Assembly (NCBI GenBank): GCA_027001995.1
Contig: JALTLO010000197.1
Location: forward strand, 14,781 to 78,780
Direction of reading: 5' to 3'
From: Planctomycetota bacterium
GTDB lineage: Bacteria; Planctomycetota; GCA-002687715; DRQF01
DNA: 64,000 nucleotides
Shown: one piece after another, positions 39,625 through 50,407 of the stretch
Layout: each line of letters starts with the position of its first letter
Numbering within the stretch: the first letter of the stretch is position 1
Program-made: the position numbers and the translations under genes
The notes under the pieces: model-generated
What the model was told of the DNA's origin: nothing
The model's database searches: none
The model's input: the letters and a program-made list of their open reading frames with translations, nothing else

Positions 39625-40938
39625 ATGAATATCAACGACGTTAAGAGTGAATCTGATCCTCGTAGCCGCCGAGACTTCTTAGGGGGGGCCGCAAGGGGAC
39701 TTTTGGGCGTTAGTCTTTTGCCTTCCTTGGGAGGCATGGGAGGGCTCTTTTCCAACTTAGAGGAGAAGAAGGTTGTTTTGGGCCCGGCGACGGCCAAGAA
39801 CGTTATTTACCTCTTCATGAGTGGGGGCATGTCTCACTTGGACACCTTTGATCTGAAGCCCGGATCTCCTTCTCAGGGACCGACGAAGTCGATCGCCAGT
39901 AATGTTGATGGCATCCTGCTTTCAGAGCACATGCCTTCCTTGGCTAAGCAGATGGATAAAGTAGCGGTCATTAACTCCATGTTCTCGAATCAAGGGGCAC
40001 ATGTGACCGGGCGTTACTTGATGCACACCAGCTACGTTGCACGGGGTACGATCAAGCATCCTAGCATGGGGGCTTGGTTGGGGCATATGGCTGGGCGGAC
40101 AAACAAAACCCTTCCTGGACATGTCACGATTGGTCCCGATAGCACTCTCGCTACCAACGGTTTCTTGTCTTCAGAATATGCGCCTTTACCAATTGGTGAT
40201 CCGTCGACTGGGCTGGCCAATGGTAAGCGGCATAAGAACGTGGACGCAGCAACATTGGAACGGCGTCTCACACGACTGCAACGAATGAATGAAGCATTCA
40301 ACCGCAAGCATAAATCGCGCAGTACGCAAGATTACGAAAAGATCTATCAAGAGGCCGTTAAGCTGATGAGTTCGAAAGACCTAGCGGCCTTTGATATCAG
40401 CCAAGAGGACGAACTGATTCGCAATGCCTATGGTTCAGATTCCTTTGCCCAAGGTTGCTTGCTGGCTCGGCGTTTGGTGGAGCACGATGTGCGCTACGTT
40501 GAAGTCGTTATGGGTGGATGGGATACTCACAACGAAAACTTTGATGCCATGGAGACGCAAGTGCCGAAGTTGGATCGGGCACTCGCCTGCCTTTTGGCCG
40601 ACTTAGAGATTCGCGGTTTGCTCGAAGAAACCCTGGTGGTTTTGGCCACTGAATTCGGTCGGTCACCAGAAATCAACCCAGACCGCAATGGCCGCGACCA
40701 TCATCCAAAGGCCTTTAGCTGCTTGCTTGCAGGGGGCGGCATCAAGGGTGGCGTTAAATGGGGGCAAACGGATGAGTTCGGGGCCCAAGTGGTGGAGAAC
40801 CAGGTTCACGTTCAAGACTTGAATGCCACGATTGCCCATGCCTTGGGTCTTCCTTTAGACCACCGCGTGTTCTCGCCTTCGGGTCGCCCTTTCCAAGTGG
40901 CGGACAAGGGAAAACCCGTCTTGCAGTTGTTTGCCTAA
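39625..40938 (+). CDS. DUF1501 domain protein (sulfatase-like) with Tat signal
   Basis: RRDFLGGAARGLLGVSLL twin-arginine signal. A DUF1501 pattern all along. The usual partner of DUF1549/DUF1553. Confidence 0.85.
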   Translation: MNINDVKSESDPRSRRDFLGGAARGLLGVSLLPSLGGMGGLFSNLEEKKVVLGPATAKNVIYLFMSGGMSHLDTFDLKPGSPSQGPTKSIASNVDGILLSEHMPSLAKQMDKVAVINSMFSNQGAHVTGRYLMHTSYVARGTIKHPSMGAWLGHMAGRTNKTLPGHVTIGPDSTLATNGFLSSEYAPLPIGDPSTGLANGKRHKNVDAATLERRLTRLQRMNEAFNRKHKSRSTQDYEKIYQEAVKLMSSKDLAAFDISQEDELIRNAYGSDSFAQGCLLARRLVEHDVRYVEVVMGGWDTHNENFDAMETQVPKLDRALACLLADLEIRGLLEETLVVLATEFGRSPEINPDRNGRDHHPKAFSCLLAGGGIKGGVKWGQTDEFGAQVVENQVHVQDLNATIAHALGLPLDHRVFSPSGRPFQVADKGKPVLQLFA

Positions 40939-41974
40939 AATGAGAAATGCAATGAAACGAAACAAACGATCATCGTTACTACTGGCAGTTGTGGCCCTCA
41001 TGTTGGGGACGGTCGGGCTGAATGCCCAGACCCCAGACTTCGAAAAAGACGTTCTGCCGATTCTGAAGAAACGTTGCTTTGAATGTCATGGGGCCCCCAG
41101 GAAAGACAAGCGTGGGCGGATGAAGTTCGCCAAGGCTGGCCTTCGCTTGGACGGCAAGGATCATATTATTGCTGGGTCTGTGATTGTTCCCAGGTCACCT
41201 CAGACGAGCATGTTAGTTGAGTACATCTCCCTACCCGCCGGTGATCCTGATATCATGCCTCCCAAGGGATCTCCTCTTACGGCCAAGGAAGTACAGACGA
41301 TCTACAGCTGGGTCAATGATGGCGCTTCCTATGGTTCTTGGGTGGGTGCGTCTCGCACCCAAGTGAAGAATACGACAGCGAAAAAAGTGTCGCCTGTTTC
41401 CAAGAGTATTCAAGTACTCAAACAACTGGGAGCCAACTTAAGCCCCTTGCAAGAATCGACCATGGCGGGGATTTTGCCAGGCTTGGCTCAAGTGGAGGCG
41501 GTCTATCCGGGTAGCGGCCTTTTGCGCGTGTCCTTTGCCCGTACGTCAAAGGTGGTTGATGATGATGTCCTGCGGAAGCTAGCAGCCTTTGCTCCTCGGA
41601 TTGCTCGTTTGAACTTGTCAGGAACGAAAGTGACAGACAAGGGATTGTTGTATCTGACGAAGATGAAACGTTTGGTTCATTTGGATCTCCATAAGACAGG
41701 GGTTACAGACGCTGGCTTGGCATATCTCAAGGGGCTGAAGGAGTTACGCTCTCTGAACCTCTATGGCACCCAAGTGACGGATCAGGGTTTGCCGCAGATC
41801 TCGATGCTGAAGAGACTCAACTCTCTCTATCTGTGGCGCAGTCAAGTCACCGCCGCTGGAGCTAAGCGTCTACGGCAGGTTCTGCCCGCGGCCAAAATTA
41901 GCTTTGAGTTGGTTCTCCCAGATCCGGCTCCCCCAGAGGAAACCCCCCGGCGTCGACGCAGAGGGAAGAAGTAA
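40931..41974 (+). CDS. PSCyt1-like cytochrome-c-type domain + leucine-rich-repeat protein
   Basis: An N-terminal FEKDVLPILKKRCFECHG motif. Then repeated L..L.L..T.VTD.GL units. Confidence 0.6.
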   Translation: MPKMRNAMKRNKRSSLLLAVVALMLGTVGLNAQTPDFEKDVLPILKKRCFECHGAPRKDKRGRMKFAKAGLRLDGKDHIIAGSVIVPRSPQTSMLVEYISLPAGDPDIMPPKGSPLTAKEVQTIYSWVNDGASYGSWVGASRTQVKNTTAKKVSPVSKSIQVLKQLGANLSPLQESTMAGILPGLAQVEAVYPGSGLLRVSFARTSKVVDDDVLRKLAAFAPRIARLNLSGTKVTDKGLLYLTKMKRLVHLDLHKTGVTDAGLAYLKGLKELRSLNLYGTQVTDQGLPQISMLKRLNSLYLWRSQVTAAGAKRLRQVLPAAKISFELVLPDPAPPEETPRRRRRGKK

Positions 41975-42056
41975 GACCCACTGGACAAATCGAATCCATT
42001 ACGCATGATAGGCCTGTCTACGGGACTCTTCCAGGGGCACTGGAGGTTTAAAGCCT

Positions 42057-42557
42057 GTGGGGGAGCGTTTCGAGGGACGGATGGAAGTTCGAATCGAGTG
42101 TATTGAGGGCGTCACCAAGGGCCATGTCTATCGTTCAAAGGAACGGCAGATCCTCATGGGCCGTAGTTCGTCCTGCGACTTGATCTTGGATGGTGACAAA
42201 GACTTGGGTGTCAGTGGTCGGCATTGTGTCATCAAGGTTCATGGCAATCGAGCCACCTTGGAAGACTGCGGCAGCACCAATGGAACTCTCTTGGCTGGTA
42301 AGCCAATCAAGAAGCCTATGACTCTCAAAGACGGCGCAACATTTCGCTTGGGGCGTCAAGGGCCCATCTTTCGCTTTTCCACAGTGAGAGAGAACCCGCC
42401 GACTGCGGCTGAGCCTATCCAAGAAATCTCTGGGAACAAGACGAGCTCAGCGAGCCCCACAAGCTCCGATAGAGCTTGGAAGTTCCTATTCTTTGTCGCT
42501 CTCTTAGTCGTTTTGCTGGGTTCAAGCGTTCTGGTCTACCGACACTACATCAGCTAG
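42057..42557 (+). CDS. FHA domain protein with C-terminal TM anchor
   Basis: FHA core (G..S.CDL.L.........SG.HC.I......TLED.GSTNGT). C-terminal hydrophobic helix. Possible start at MEVRIE (42081). Confidence 0.7.
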   Translation: MGERFEGRMEVRIECIEGVTKGHVYRSKERQILMGRSSSCDLILDGDKDLGVSGRHCVIKVHGNRATLEDCGSTNGTLLAGKPIKKPMTLKDGATFRLGRQGPIFRFSTVRENPPTAAEPIQEISGNKTSSASPTSSDRAWKFLFFVALLVVLLGSSVLVYRHYIS

Positions 42558-42593
42558 AGAAAACGGACTTTGTTGTTCTGTCCTATGTCCATC

Positions 42594-43862
42594 TCATTCC
42601 TTGATCTCTGCAACCAGAGCACTTGCCAACTTCTTGTAGTCATCTAAACAGTTATGAGCTTGGGCCGAAATTCGAAGGCACACGTTGGGTGCTTGGGGGA
42701 AGTGATGGAGAGGCACTTGAATTCCGTACTTGGCGAAAAGCGTTTCTTGGAGGGGGAGAGTGGCGAAGTGATCTTCCATTAGGTCTGAAGGGCCAGAGCC
42801 AAGGGGGATGGTGGCGATGGAGCCGATCATGGAATCGGGGCAGGGCGCTTTTCTTTGAATGGCATCGAGAATGATTTCTCGCCCCGCCAAGACCAAGTTG
42901 CGATTGTGAGTTCTCAGTTCATCCCATCCTCCTGGGAAAAGTCTCGCCATAAAACCGAGGGCCTCCGGAATGCAAAGCCAAGGGGTGGGGTCACAGGTTC
43001 CTTGCCAATCGAATTCCCAACGAAAGCGGCTGCGGTGGGCGGTGGGAGCATTGGCACCATGGCTTATGACTGCTGGTCGGATGACTTCTCGGTATTCTGC
43101 TGCCACCCAGAGAAAGGCGGCCCCCTTAGGTGTGCACAACCATTTGTGGGCATTGGAAGTGTAGAAATCAGCTCCGATGCGGCCCATGGAGATGTCAAGC
43201 ATGCCTAAGGCGTGGGCACCGTCCACCAACACCATGGAGCCCGCCTTCTTAAGGCGAGAAACGAGCTCTTCGATTGGCAGGACCAGAGCTGTTGCACTGG
43301 TGACATGATCCAGGAGTGTCAATTTGGTCTTTGGGCCCACTTCCTTCATGACGGCGTCGACCACTTCCTTAGGGTCGTTGAGCGGGAAGGGCACCTGAGC
43401 CACACGGACGATGGCCCCCGATCTCTCTGCCACATAGTTCAGGATGTTTCGGCAGGCATTGTATTCATGATTAGTACAGAGGAGCTCGTCCCCTGGTTCA
43501 AACTCCAGCGATCGCAAGACGGCGTTGACGCCAGTCGTGGCATTGGTCACGAAAGCCAAGCCTTCCACGTCGCCGTCGATAAATGAAGCAAGAGCCTCCA
43601 AGGCCGGGTTCCACAGGTCAGGTAGTTTTTGCACCATGAAGTGGACCGGTTCCGACTCCAGTTGGGCCCGGAGTTCAGTTTGCTTGGCCAAAATCTCGAT
43701 GGGACAAGCGCCAAAAGATCCATGGTTGAGAAAGGTAATTGAAGGATCAAGCTGCCAGAGGTGTTTGTGTGGACTTTGCATGGCAGGAGGGTACCTTATT
43801 CTTGAAGATTTCTGCCAGAGGTGTTCTTGGCTGGAAATGAGGAAAGGTGTTTTCTGGGGCAA
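42594..43862 (-). CDS. Aminotransferase class V (cysteine desulfurase / isopenicillin-N-epimerase-like)
   Basis: N-terminal ..FLNHGSFGACP and a PLP-lysine context (SNAHKWL). The start is probably the internal Met near 43781. Confidence 0.7.
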   Translation of the reverse strand: MPQKTPFLISSQEHLWQKSSRIRYPPAMQSPHKHLWQLDPSITFLNHGSFGACPIEILAKQTELRAQLESEPVHFMVQKLPDLWNPALEALASFIDGDVEGLAFVTNATTGVNAVLRSLEFEPGDELLCTNHEYNACRNILNYVAERSGAIVRVAQVPFPLNDPKEVVDAVMKEVGPKTKLTLLDHVTSATALVLPIEELVSRLKKAGSMVLVDGAHALGMLDISMGRIGADFYTSNAHKWLCTPKGAAFLWVAAEYREVIRPAVISHGANAPTAHRSRFRWEFDWQGTCDPTPWLCIPEALGFMARLFPGGWDELRTHNRNLVLAGREIILDAIQRKAPCPDSMIGSIATIPLGSGPSDLMEDHFATLPLQETLFAKYGIQVPLHHFPQAPNVCLRISAQAHNCLDDYKKLASALVAEIKE

Positions 43863-43923
43863 GGGACGTTATGATGAGAGTGAGCGCAAGATGGAAGTCT
43901 CTATGCAAGTCCAGGAAAACCCC

Positions 43924-46089
43924 ATGGCCCGTTTTCTCTCACTTATTCTCCTTTGTATCGTCTTTGTCGGTTGCAACCAAGAAGAAGCGCCTGCTCCCCA
44001 GGAAGAAACACAAGTCGTCAGTGCCTCTCCTCAGTCTTCCCAGCCTCCCCAAGTCAATGAGACGATTGGCCAGCAACCGTCACCATTGCCAAGACGGTCC
44101 CTTGCTATCCGCACTGAGGATGCTGACGGCAAGTCTCTTGGGGGCGTGAACATTTATTTGATCGAGGAGCTGGTGCAAACGGATGCTGAGGCTTTCTTGG
44201 GGGTTGGAGGTGTTCTCCGCTGGGTGAGTCGCCTTAATAGCGAAAGCCTGCGAGGGAAGAGCAATCAGGATGGGCATTTCGATTTGCCACTTCCGCGCCG
44301 GGGCGAAGTCTGGATTGTGGCTCAGCAGGGCGAGGCCTTGGCGGATGCTGTGGTTGATGTGTCCTGCACTGATGTGCTGTTGCTGGTGCCCAAGAACGAC
44401 AAACGACTCCGTTTTCAAGTGGTGGACTCACTGGGGAAGCCGAGATCCGGCGTCCATGTGGGTGTCTGCGCCACCAAGAAAGATCGTCGTCTACTTGGCG
44501 TTCGTCCCAGTGACGAAAATGGTTGGGTGACTTTTGATCATCCCAAACGCTGGCTCGAGCCAGCGAGTCGGTCGAGATTTGACAACATTGTTGTGGGCGT
44601 CGCTGAGGTGTTCGAAAATCCCATTCGTCACTTAGTCATCGGATTTGACCATCCTCAAGCAGTTCCTTTGCCTCCTTATTGCTCAGTTGCCGTTTCTCTC
44701 CAGAAATCTGACCAGCGGTCGATTCTTCATTTGGCCACGGTGAGCAAGGAGAAAAAGAAGCGCCTTCTGATCCCGAATCGACCAGACTTCCTGCGGCGGA
44801 GCCAGCGCGCCCTAGCGCCTGGGCAAACCACGGTGATCTTTCCCTATGTTGGCCTGGACTTGGATCTGGAATTGCAGCGGCAGGATGGTCCACAGGAATA
44901 CTGTCCATCGCAATTCTTACGGGGGGCTGGTTTGGCTCAAGGCCAGGTGTCCTTCAAGCTGAAGGCAGAGGGGCGATTCGCCCAGATCCCAGTGCGTCTC
45001 GTAGATGTGAGGGGTGAGCCTTTGGCCCACTGCAATTTTGCTGTGGAGGGGAAGGATCAGAGGTCTCAGCGATACGTCCTCAATGCTAAAACAGATGAAG
45101 AAGGCCGTTGCCGCCTAACCTTTCCTTTTCTCTTAGCCAAGGATACCCAGCCCGGGAAACCTTTGGCCTTACCTTTGGGATTGGTCATGTCCTTTGACGC
45201 TCCAGAAAGGACCTTGGACTTGGCGGCCAACTTGGCTCTTACTTGGCGGAAGAGTGAATACATCATCACCATGAAGGACATGGTGACTGCCGCCAGTGGT
45301 ATGGTGAAGGATGGTCAAGGCCAGCCCCTGGAATATGCCCATGTGACTTTGGAGTTGCTACGCAAGTCTGGCTATTGGCCTTTGCCCTCTAAGAGGCCAA
45401 CTCTCACCAATGCTCAAGGCCGATTTCGCCTGAGTGCGCTTCCTCTTCGGGGGATCTTTCGCTTGAAGGCCGAGCGTTTCGACCATGAAACCTCCTATAC
45501 TTCAAACATCCAGGTCGGCATGACGGGCATTCAAATCCGGCAAGAAAAAAAGAGTGAGGTTGTTGGTGATGTCTTGGTCGATGAGATCTTTCAATCGGAA
45601 CATTTGGTCGCTCTTTTTCGCGAACGGGGGAAATCTCAGGAGTTAGCATTTCCTCTGCACCGCAAAGAGGGTGGGAAGCGCGTGCTCGACAGTGGCTTCT
45701 TGATTCCCGGTATCTATGACCTTGTCATTATGCAGAACAACGTCGTTGGGCGCCTGCACCGCTTGGAGGCCGTGAGAATCCCCTTTCGAGGCCGTCAGAA
45801 GCCCCGAGAACTTGATCCTCTCGACCTGAAGGGCAAGTTTCGTTCTCTGACTCTCACCGTCCTTGACAAGTCAGGGAAGGCAATTCCTCATGTTCTGGTC
45901 GAGTTGTCGACCCCCGCTGGCGCTGATCTCTCCTATCGCCAAATAAAGGGAACTTCCGAAGCCGGTATCGTTCGTTTCCTTGCTCCTAGAGGGCCTCTTT
46001 CTGCCGAAGTAACCCTAAATTTGAAAAAGAGCTTCGCGGCCACAGTAGATTCAGAAGTCGCCAAATACACGATTCAAGCCACTGAATAA
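43924..46089 (+). CDS. Lipoprotein, beta-sandwich-rich, unknown function
   Basis: Lipobox signal MARFLSLILLCIVFVGC. The track ORF start at 43525 overlaps the divergent aminotransferase and was rejected. Confidence 0.5.
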   Translation: MARFLSLILLCIVFVGCNQEEAPAPQEETQVVSASPQSSQPPQVNETIGQQPSPLPRRSLAIRTEDADGKSLGGVNIYLIEELVQTDAEAFLGVGGVLRWVSRLNSESLRGKSNQDGHFDLPLPRRGEVWIVAQQGEALADAVVDVSCTDVLLLVPKNDKRLRFQVVDSLGKPRSGVHVGVCATKKDRRLLGVRPSDENGWVTFDHPKRWLEPASRSRFDNIVVGVAEVFENPIRHLVIGFDHPQAVPLPPYCSVAVSLQKSDQRSILHLATVSKEKKKRLLIPNRPDFLRRSQRALAPGQTTVIFPYVGLDLDLELQRQDGPQEYCPSQFLRGAGLAQGQVSFKLKAEGRFAQIPVRLVDVRGEPLAHCNFAVEGKDQRSQRYVLNAKTDEEGRCRLTFPFLLAKDTQPGKPLALPLGLVMSFDAPERTLDLAANLALTWRKSEYIITMKDMVTAASGMVKDGQGQPLEYAHVTLELLRKSGYWPLPSKRPTLTNAQGRFRLSALPLRGIFRLKAERFDHETSYTSNIQVGMTGIQIRQEKKSEVVGDVLVDEIFQSEHLVALFRERGKSQELAFPLHRKEGGKRVLDSGFLIPGIYDLVIMQNNVVGRLHRLEAVRIPFRGRQKPRELDPLDLKGKFRSLTLTVLDKSGKAIPHVLVELSTPAGADLSYRQIKGTSEAGIVRFLAPRGPLSAEVTLNLKKSFAATVDSEVAKYTIQATE

Positions 46090-46188
46090 GATGTTTCCCG
46101 GGTTCCCATAACATTCGCTTGTTGCTGACCCCCTTTGTCCATATTTTGAGGGCGTTGCCGATATTGGCCTCTGGGACAAAAGAAACCT

Positions 46189-47664
46189 ATGTGCGGATTC
46201 ATTGGTATTTACGGCCCCGACGGGGTGGACGTTGCTCCTGAGATTTATGAAGGGCTGCTGGCAGTTCAGCACCGGGGGCAGGACGCAGCCGGCATTATCA
46301 CCTTCACAGATGCTTTTCATCTGCGAAAAGATGAGGGGCTTGTCATTGAGGTCTTTGGCAAGAAACACATGCAAAGGCTTCGGGGCAACCTGGGACTGGG
46401 GCATGTGCGTTATCCGACGATCGGGGCTTCCGGTGGCGAAAACGCTCAGCCCTTTCATCATACTTACCCTTTGGGTGTTGCCATGGCTCACAATGGCAAT
46501 GTCACCAATGTCGATGAGTTGATGGCCGATTTTGTTGACCGCAAGCGCACCCGCCTTAACTCAACTTGCGATGTTGAGATTATCCTCTGGGTTTTTCAGG
46601 ATGTCTTGGCCAATAGGCTGCGGGCTAGTGGCGAGCTTGGTCCTGAAGATGTTTTCGCTGCGGTTGAAGCCGTGCACCAAAAGGTGAAAGGCGCTTACTC
46701 TGTGGTGGCGACGGTGGCAGACTTAGGCATGGTCGCCTTCCGTGATCCTTATGGCATCAAGCCAATCATCTTTGGCAAACGAGAAGACGAACTCGGAACA
46801 TCATTCGCTTGCGCTTCTGAAAGTGTCGTGCTGGATGTCAACGGCTACACGAAGACTCAGGATATCGGCCCAGGTGAAGCCCTTTTCATCGACGAAAACC
46901 GTGACATTCACCACAAGAAGTTGGGCAAGGAAGAGCACACACCTTGCATTTTCGAGTGGGTCTATTTCTCACGTCCAGATTCTTTCTTGGATGACGTCTC
47001 GGTTTACAAGACTCGACGACGCTTTGGCGAGGCTTTGGCAACACAATGGAAAAACAGTGGGGCACCCTGGCCAGATGTTGTCATTCCGATTCCTGATTCC
47101 TCCCGGGATGCAGCCTTGGCAATGGCTCATGATTTGGGAGTACCCTATCGGGAAGGTCTGGTGAAGAATCGTTACATCGGTCGTACATTCATCATGCCAG
47201 ATCAACAATCTCGCCAGAAGAGTGTGCGTCGCAAGCTGAATCCCATCCCTCTGGAATTCGAAGGCAAAAACGTTCTTCTCGTGGACGACTCTATCGTACG
47301 GGGCAATACCTCGAAAAGAATCGTCGAAACAGCAAGGGCTTCCGGCGCACAGAATGTTTATTTTGCAGTGACAAGTCCGCCCTTGGTTGCTCCGTGTCCT
47401 TATGGCATTGACATGGCTAGCAAGCGAGAATTTATCGCTGAAGGTAAGACGGTGGAGGAGATTACCACTTCCTTGGGGGTCGATCATCTGGTCTATCTCG
47501 ACCGCGGCGCCATGAACAAAGCCGCTCAGGTTGGCAATCCCAAGATTAAGTCGTTTTGCAATGCCTGCTTTACTGGGGTTTACCCCACAGGTGATATCAC
47601 CGTTGAGCGCCTTCGGGCCTTAGAATCCGAACGCGCTACCCGGCGAGATAACATTCCGACTTAA
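46189..47664 (+). CDS. purF: Amidophosphoribosyltransferase
   Basis: N-terminal MCGFIGIYG (Ntn Cys1), a PRTase motif, and a C-terminal Fe-S cysteine cluster. Confidence 0.9.
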   Translation: MCGFIGIYGPDGVDVAPEIYEGLLAVQHRGQDAAGIITFTDAFHLRKDEGLVIEVFGKKHMQRLRGNLGLGHVRYPTIGASGGENAQPFHHTYPLGVAMAHNGNVTNVDELMADFVDRKRTRLNSTCDVEIILWVFQDVLANRLRASGELGPEDVFAAVEAVHQKVKGAYSVVATVADLGMVAFRDPYGIKPIIFGKREDELGTSFACASESVVLDVNGYTKTQDIGPGEALFIDENRDIHHKKLGKEEHTPCIFEWVYFSRPDSFLDDVSVYKTRRRFGEALATQWKNSGAPWPDVVIPIPDSSRDAALAMAHDLGVPYREGLVKNRYIGRTFIMPDQQSRQKSVRRKLNPIPLEFEGKNVLLVDDSIVRGNTSKRIVETARASGAQNVYFAVTSPPLVAPCPYGIDMASKREFIAEGKTVEEITTSLGVDHLVYLDRGAMNKAAQVGNPKIKSFCNACFTGVYPTGDITVERLRALESERATRRDNIPT

Positions 47665-47689
47665 CTTGAGGGCTGCGGCCTCACTCCAG

Positions 47690-50407
47690 TTAGCGCTCCT
47701 CAATTATTTCCAATCGCACAGGACAAACCTTGAGTTCTGCAGTTTGGGTGATGGGATCGTAGCCGGAGCCCGTAAGGATATTGACGGGTGTTTCGTTAAA
47801 CGAGAATGAGCAGAAGACAGTCCCACGGGGTGAGCGCTTGTTGGCCTCCACCACGATCTCAACCGAGCCCCGAGCAGACGTCATGCGACAGAGCTTCCCA
47901 TCGGTAAGGCCCCATTTTTCGACGTCGTCAGGATGAATTTCTAAGGTCTCTTGGGGCAGTAAATAGTCGATGCCAAAGGAACGTCCCGTCTGGGTACGGG
48001 AATGATAAGACTCAAGTCTTCGTCCAGTGGTGAGCCATACGGGATAGGATTCGCTGATCACTTCTGCCGGGTCACGCAGATTGACAATCTTGAGTTTGCC
48101 CTTACCGCTGGGGAATTCATCGATATGCAGAATCGGCGTCCCTGTGTGTTCCTTATTGGGAACGGGCCATTGATATTCCCCTTGATCAATGCGATCCCAA
48201 TCCAAGCCAGCATAAATAGGGGAGAGTGAGCAGAGCTCATTGAAGACATCTTTGGCAGATTCATAGTCGAAACCCGAGAAACCAAGACGTTTCCCAAGCT
48301 CCGAGATGATCCACCAGTCAGGTTTCGCATCTCCTGGAGGTGGCACGGCCGCCCGAAGGCGCTGAACGCGACGCTCGGTGTTGGTACACACACCATCGGT
48401 CTCTCCCCAACTTGATGCTGGCAAGACCACATCGGCTAGGACGGCGGTCTCTGTCATGAAAAGATCGATGACGACCAAGTGGTCCAATGACTTGAGAGCA
48501 TGTTCGCAGTGGTCGCGGTCGGGATCCGTCACCACGGTGTTCTCGCCACCGATGATCATGGCTCTGATTCGGTCGCCACACTGATCTAATGCGGTGACTT
48601 TCGTGATGCCTCGTTCTAAGGACACAGGGGTGCCCCAAGCGGCTTCGAACTTGGCCTGGTTCTTGGGATCATCCACAGGTTGAAAACCAGGATAGTTGTT
48701 TGGAAGAGCTCCAACATCTCCAGCACCTTGAATATTGTTTTGGCCCCGCATGGGGTTGATGCCCGTTCCTTCTTTGCCGATATGCCCAGTGAGAAGGGCA
48801 AGATTGCTCAAGCTTTGGACGTTGTCAACACCACAAATGTGCTCGGTGATTCCCAAGGTGTAGTAGATGGCGGCCTTCTCAGCTTCACCGTACCAATGGG
48901 CGGCCTTCTCGATATCTTCCGCCGGCACTTGGCAAATGGCCGAAGCCCAACTGGGTGTGAATTCTTTGAGGTGCTGTCTGAGCTCCTGAATCCCTTCCGT
49001 TCTTTCGGCGACAAATTCTTCGTTGACTAAGCCGTCACGGTCGATGACATGGGCCATCGCTAAGAGTAGGGCAACATCGGTTCCGACTTTTAGCGGCAAG
49101 TAGAGATCGGCGATTTCGGCTAATTGAATTTTTCTCGGGTCGGCCACGATGAGGCGGCCGCCATTGGCCAGCCCACGCTTGATGCGAGTCGCCGCCACTG
49201 GATGGCATTCCGTCATGTTGGTGCCGATGCAAAAATAGACGTCGGGCTTTTCCATGTCTTCCAATGGGTTTGACATGGCTCCTCGTCCGATGGTAGCCGC
49301 CAGACCGGCGACAGTTGGAGCATGTCAGGCACGGCTGCAATTATCGATTTGATTGAGTCCCCAACCCGCTCTCATCAATTTTTGCAGGGCGTAAGAAGCT
49401 TCATGGGGGGCGCGGCCGGAGGCGATGGCATAGATGGCCTCGTTGCCATGATCGCGGGAGACCTTTTCGAAACCTTTGGCCGCTACGTCGATGGCTTCTG
49501 TCCAACTGACTGGTTCGAGTTTGCCATTCTTGCGGACGAGGGGAGTTGTGAGCCGATCATCGTGTTGAACAAAGTCGTATGCGAATTGCCCTTTGACGCA
49601 AAGAGCGCCCAAGTTGGCTGGTCCATCCATGGCCGGTTGGATGCCGACAATCTTGTCTTCTTTGGACATAATGTCGACGGAACAACCCACGCCGCAGTAG
49701 GTGCAAATGGTTCGTGTTTTCTTAATGTCGCCAACAGTCTTCCGGTCTCGAAGTGCCTTCTTGTCAGCCAAAGCACCGGTGGGACAGGTCTGGACGCATT
49801 GCCCACAGAAGGTACATTCTGATTCTCTGAGGTCACTGTTGAACTCGGTTGTGATCTGAGTGGCGAACCCTCGGTTCATCACATTGATGGCGTAGTCCCC
49901 TTCACGTTCTGCGCAGACGCGAACACAGCGGTAACAAGAGATGCACTGGTCGTAGTCTCGCAAAATGAAGGGATTGAGGTCTTCCGTTCGACTGGTTCCA
50001 GACTTGGCTCCAGCGAATCGCCCGGTGATCGCGTCATAGCGGTTGGCGAGTTGTGTGAGTTCCTGAGAAGCGAAACCGGAGAGCTCGGGGGTTTCAACTT
50101 GACGATTCTCAGAAACAACCAGCTCCAAGAGTGTCTTACGATCCTTCTCTAATTTGGCGGTGTGGGTATGCACAACCATACCCGGGCTGGCTTTTGTTGT
50201 GCAAGAGGCCACAGGGTTGCGAAATCCTTCGACTTCGACCATACACATGCGGCAACCTCCGAATGCGTCCAGTCGCTTGTCGTAGCAAAGTGTTGGCACT
50301 TCTTTCTTGTGGCGCTCGCTGATTTCGAAGAGAGATTCCCCATGGGAGAATGCGACGACTTCGCCATCGAGAGTCAGTTCATAAGTGTTCTTGGTCTTAT
50401 CAATCAT
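47690..50407 (-). CDS. fdhA: Selenocysteine-containing formate dehydrogenase alpha subunit (NuoG-like N-terminal Fe-S domain + molybdopterin domain); in-frame UGA (Sec) at 49327..49325
   Basis: Track ORFs 49325..50407 and 47690..49276 are in the same frame and are separated only by the TGA. The read-through gives ...IDNCSRA-U-HAPTVAGLAATIG..., which matches the FDH active-site SR(V/A)(C/U)H(G/A)P(S/T)VA motif. The N-terminal part has 2Fe-2S/4Fe-4S cysteine clusters. Confidence 0.8.
49294..49313 (-). promoter_or_regulatory. SECIS-like hairpin 11 nt downstream of the fdhA UGA (stem UGUCGCC/GGCGGCUA, loop GGUCU)
   Basis: mRNA reads UGA-CAUGCUCCAAC-UGUCGCC-GGUCU-GGCGGCUA. The spacing and the GGUC loop closely parallel the E. 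coli fdhF SECIS, which encodes the same VAGL peptide. Confidence 0.6.

Noticed and set aside
43525-43923. Long N-terminal extension of ORF 43525..46089
   Set aside because: It overlaps the divergent aminotransferase gene by >300 nt. A lipobox signal peptide begins at the internal Met (43924), so the upstream part is considered non-coding in this frame.
47665-47689. Hairpin TGAGG-gctgcgg-CCTCA between purF and fdhA, as a terminator
   Set aside because: Short stem and no T-run. Plausible but not supportable from sequence alone.
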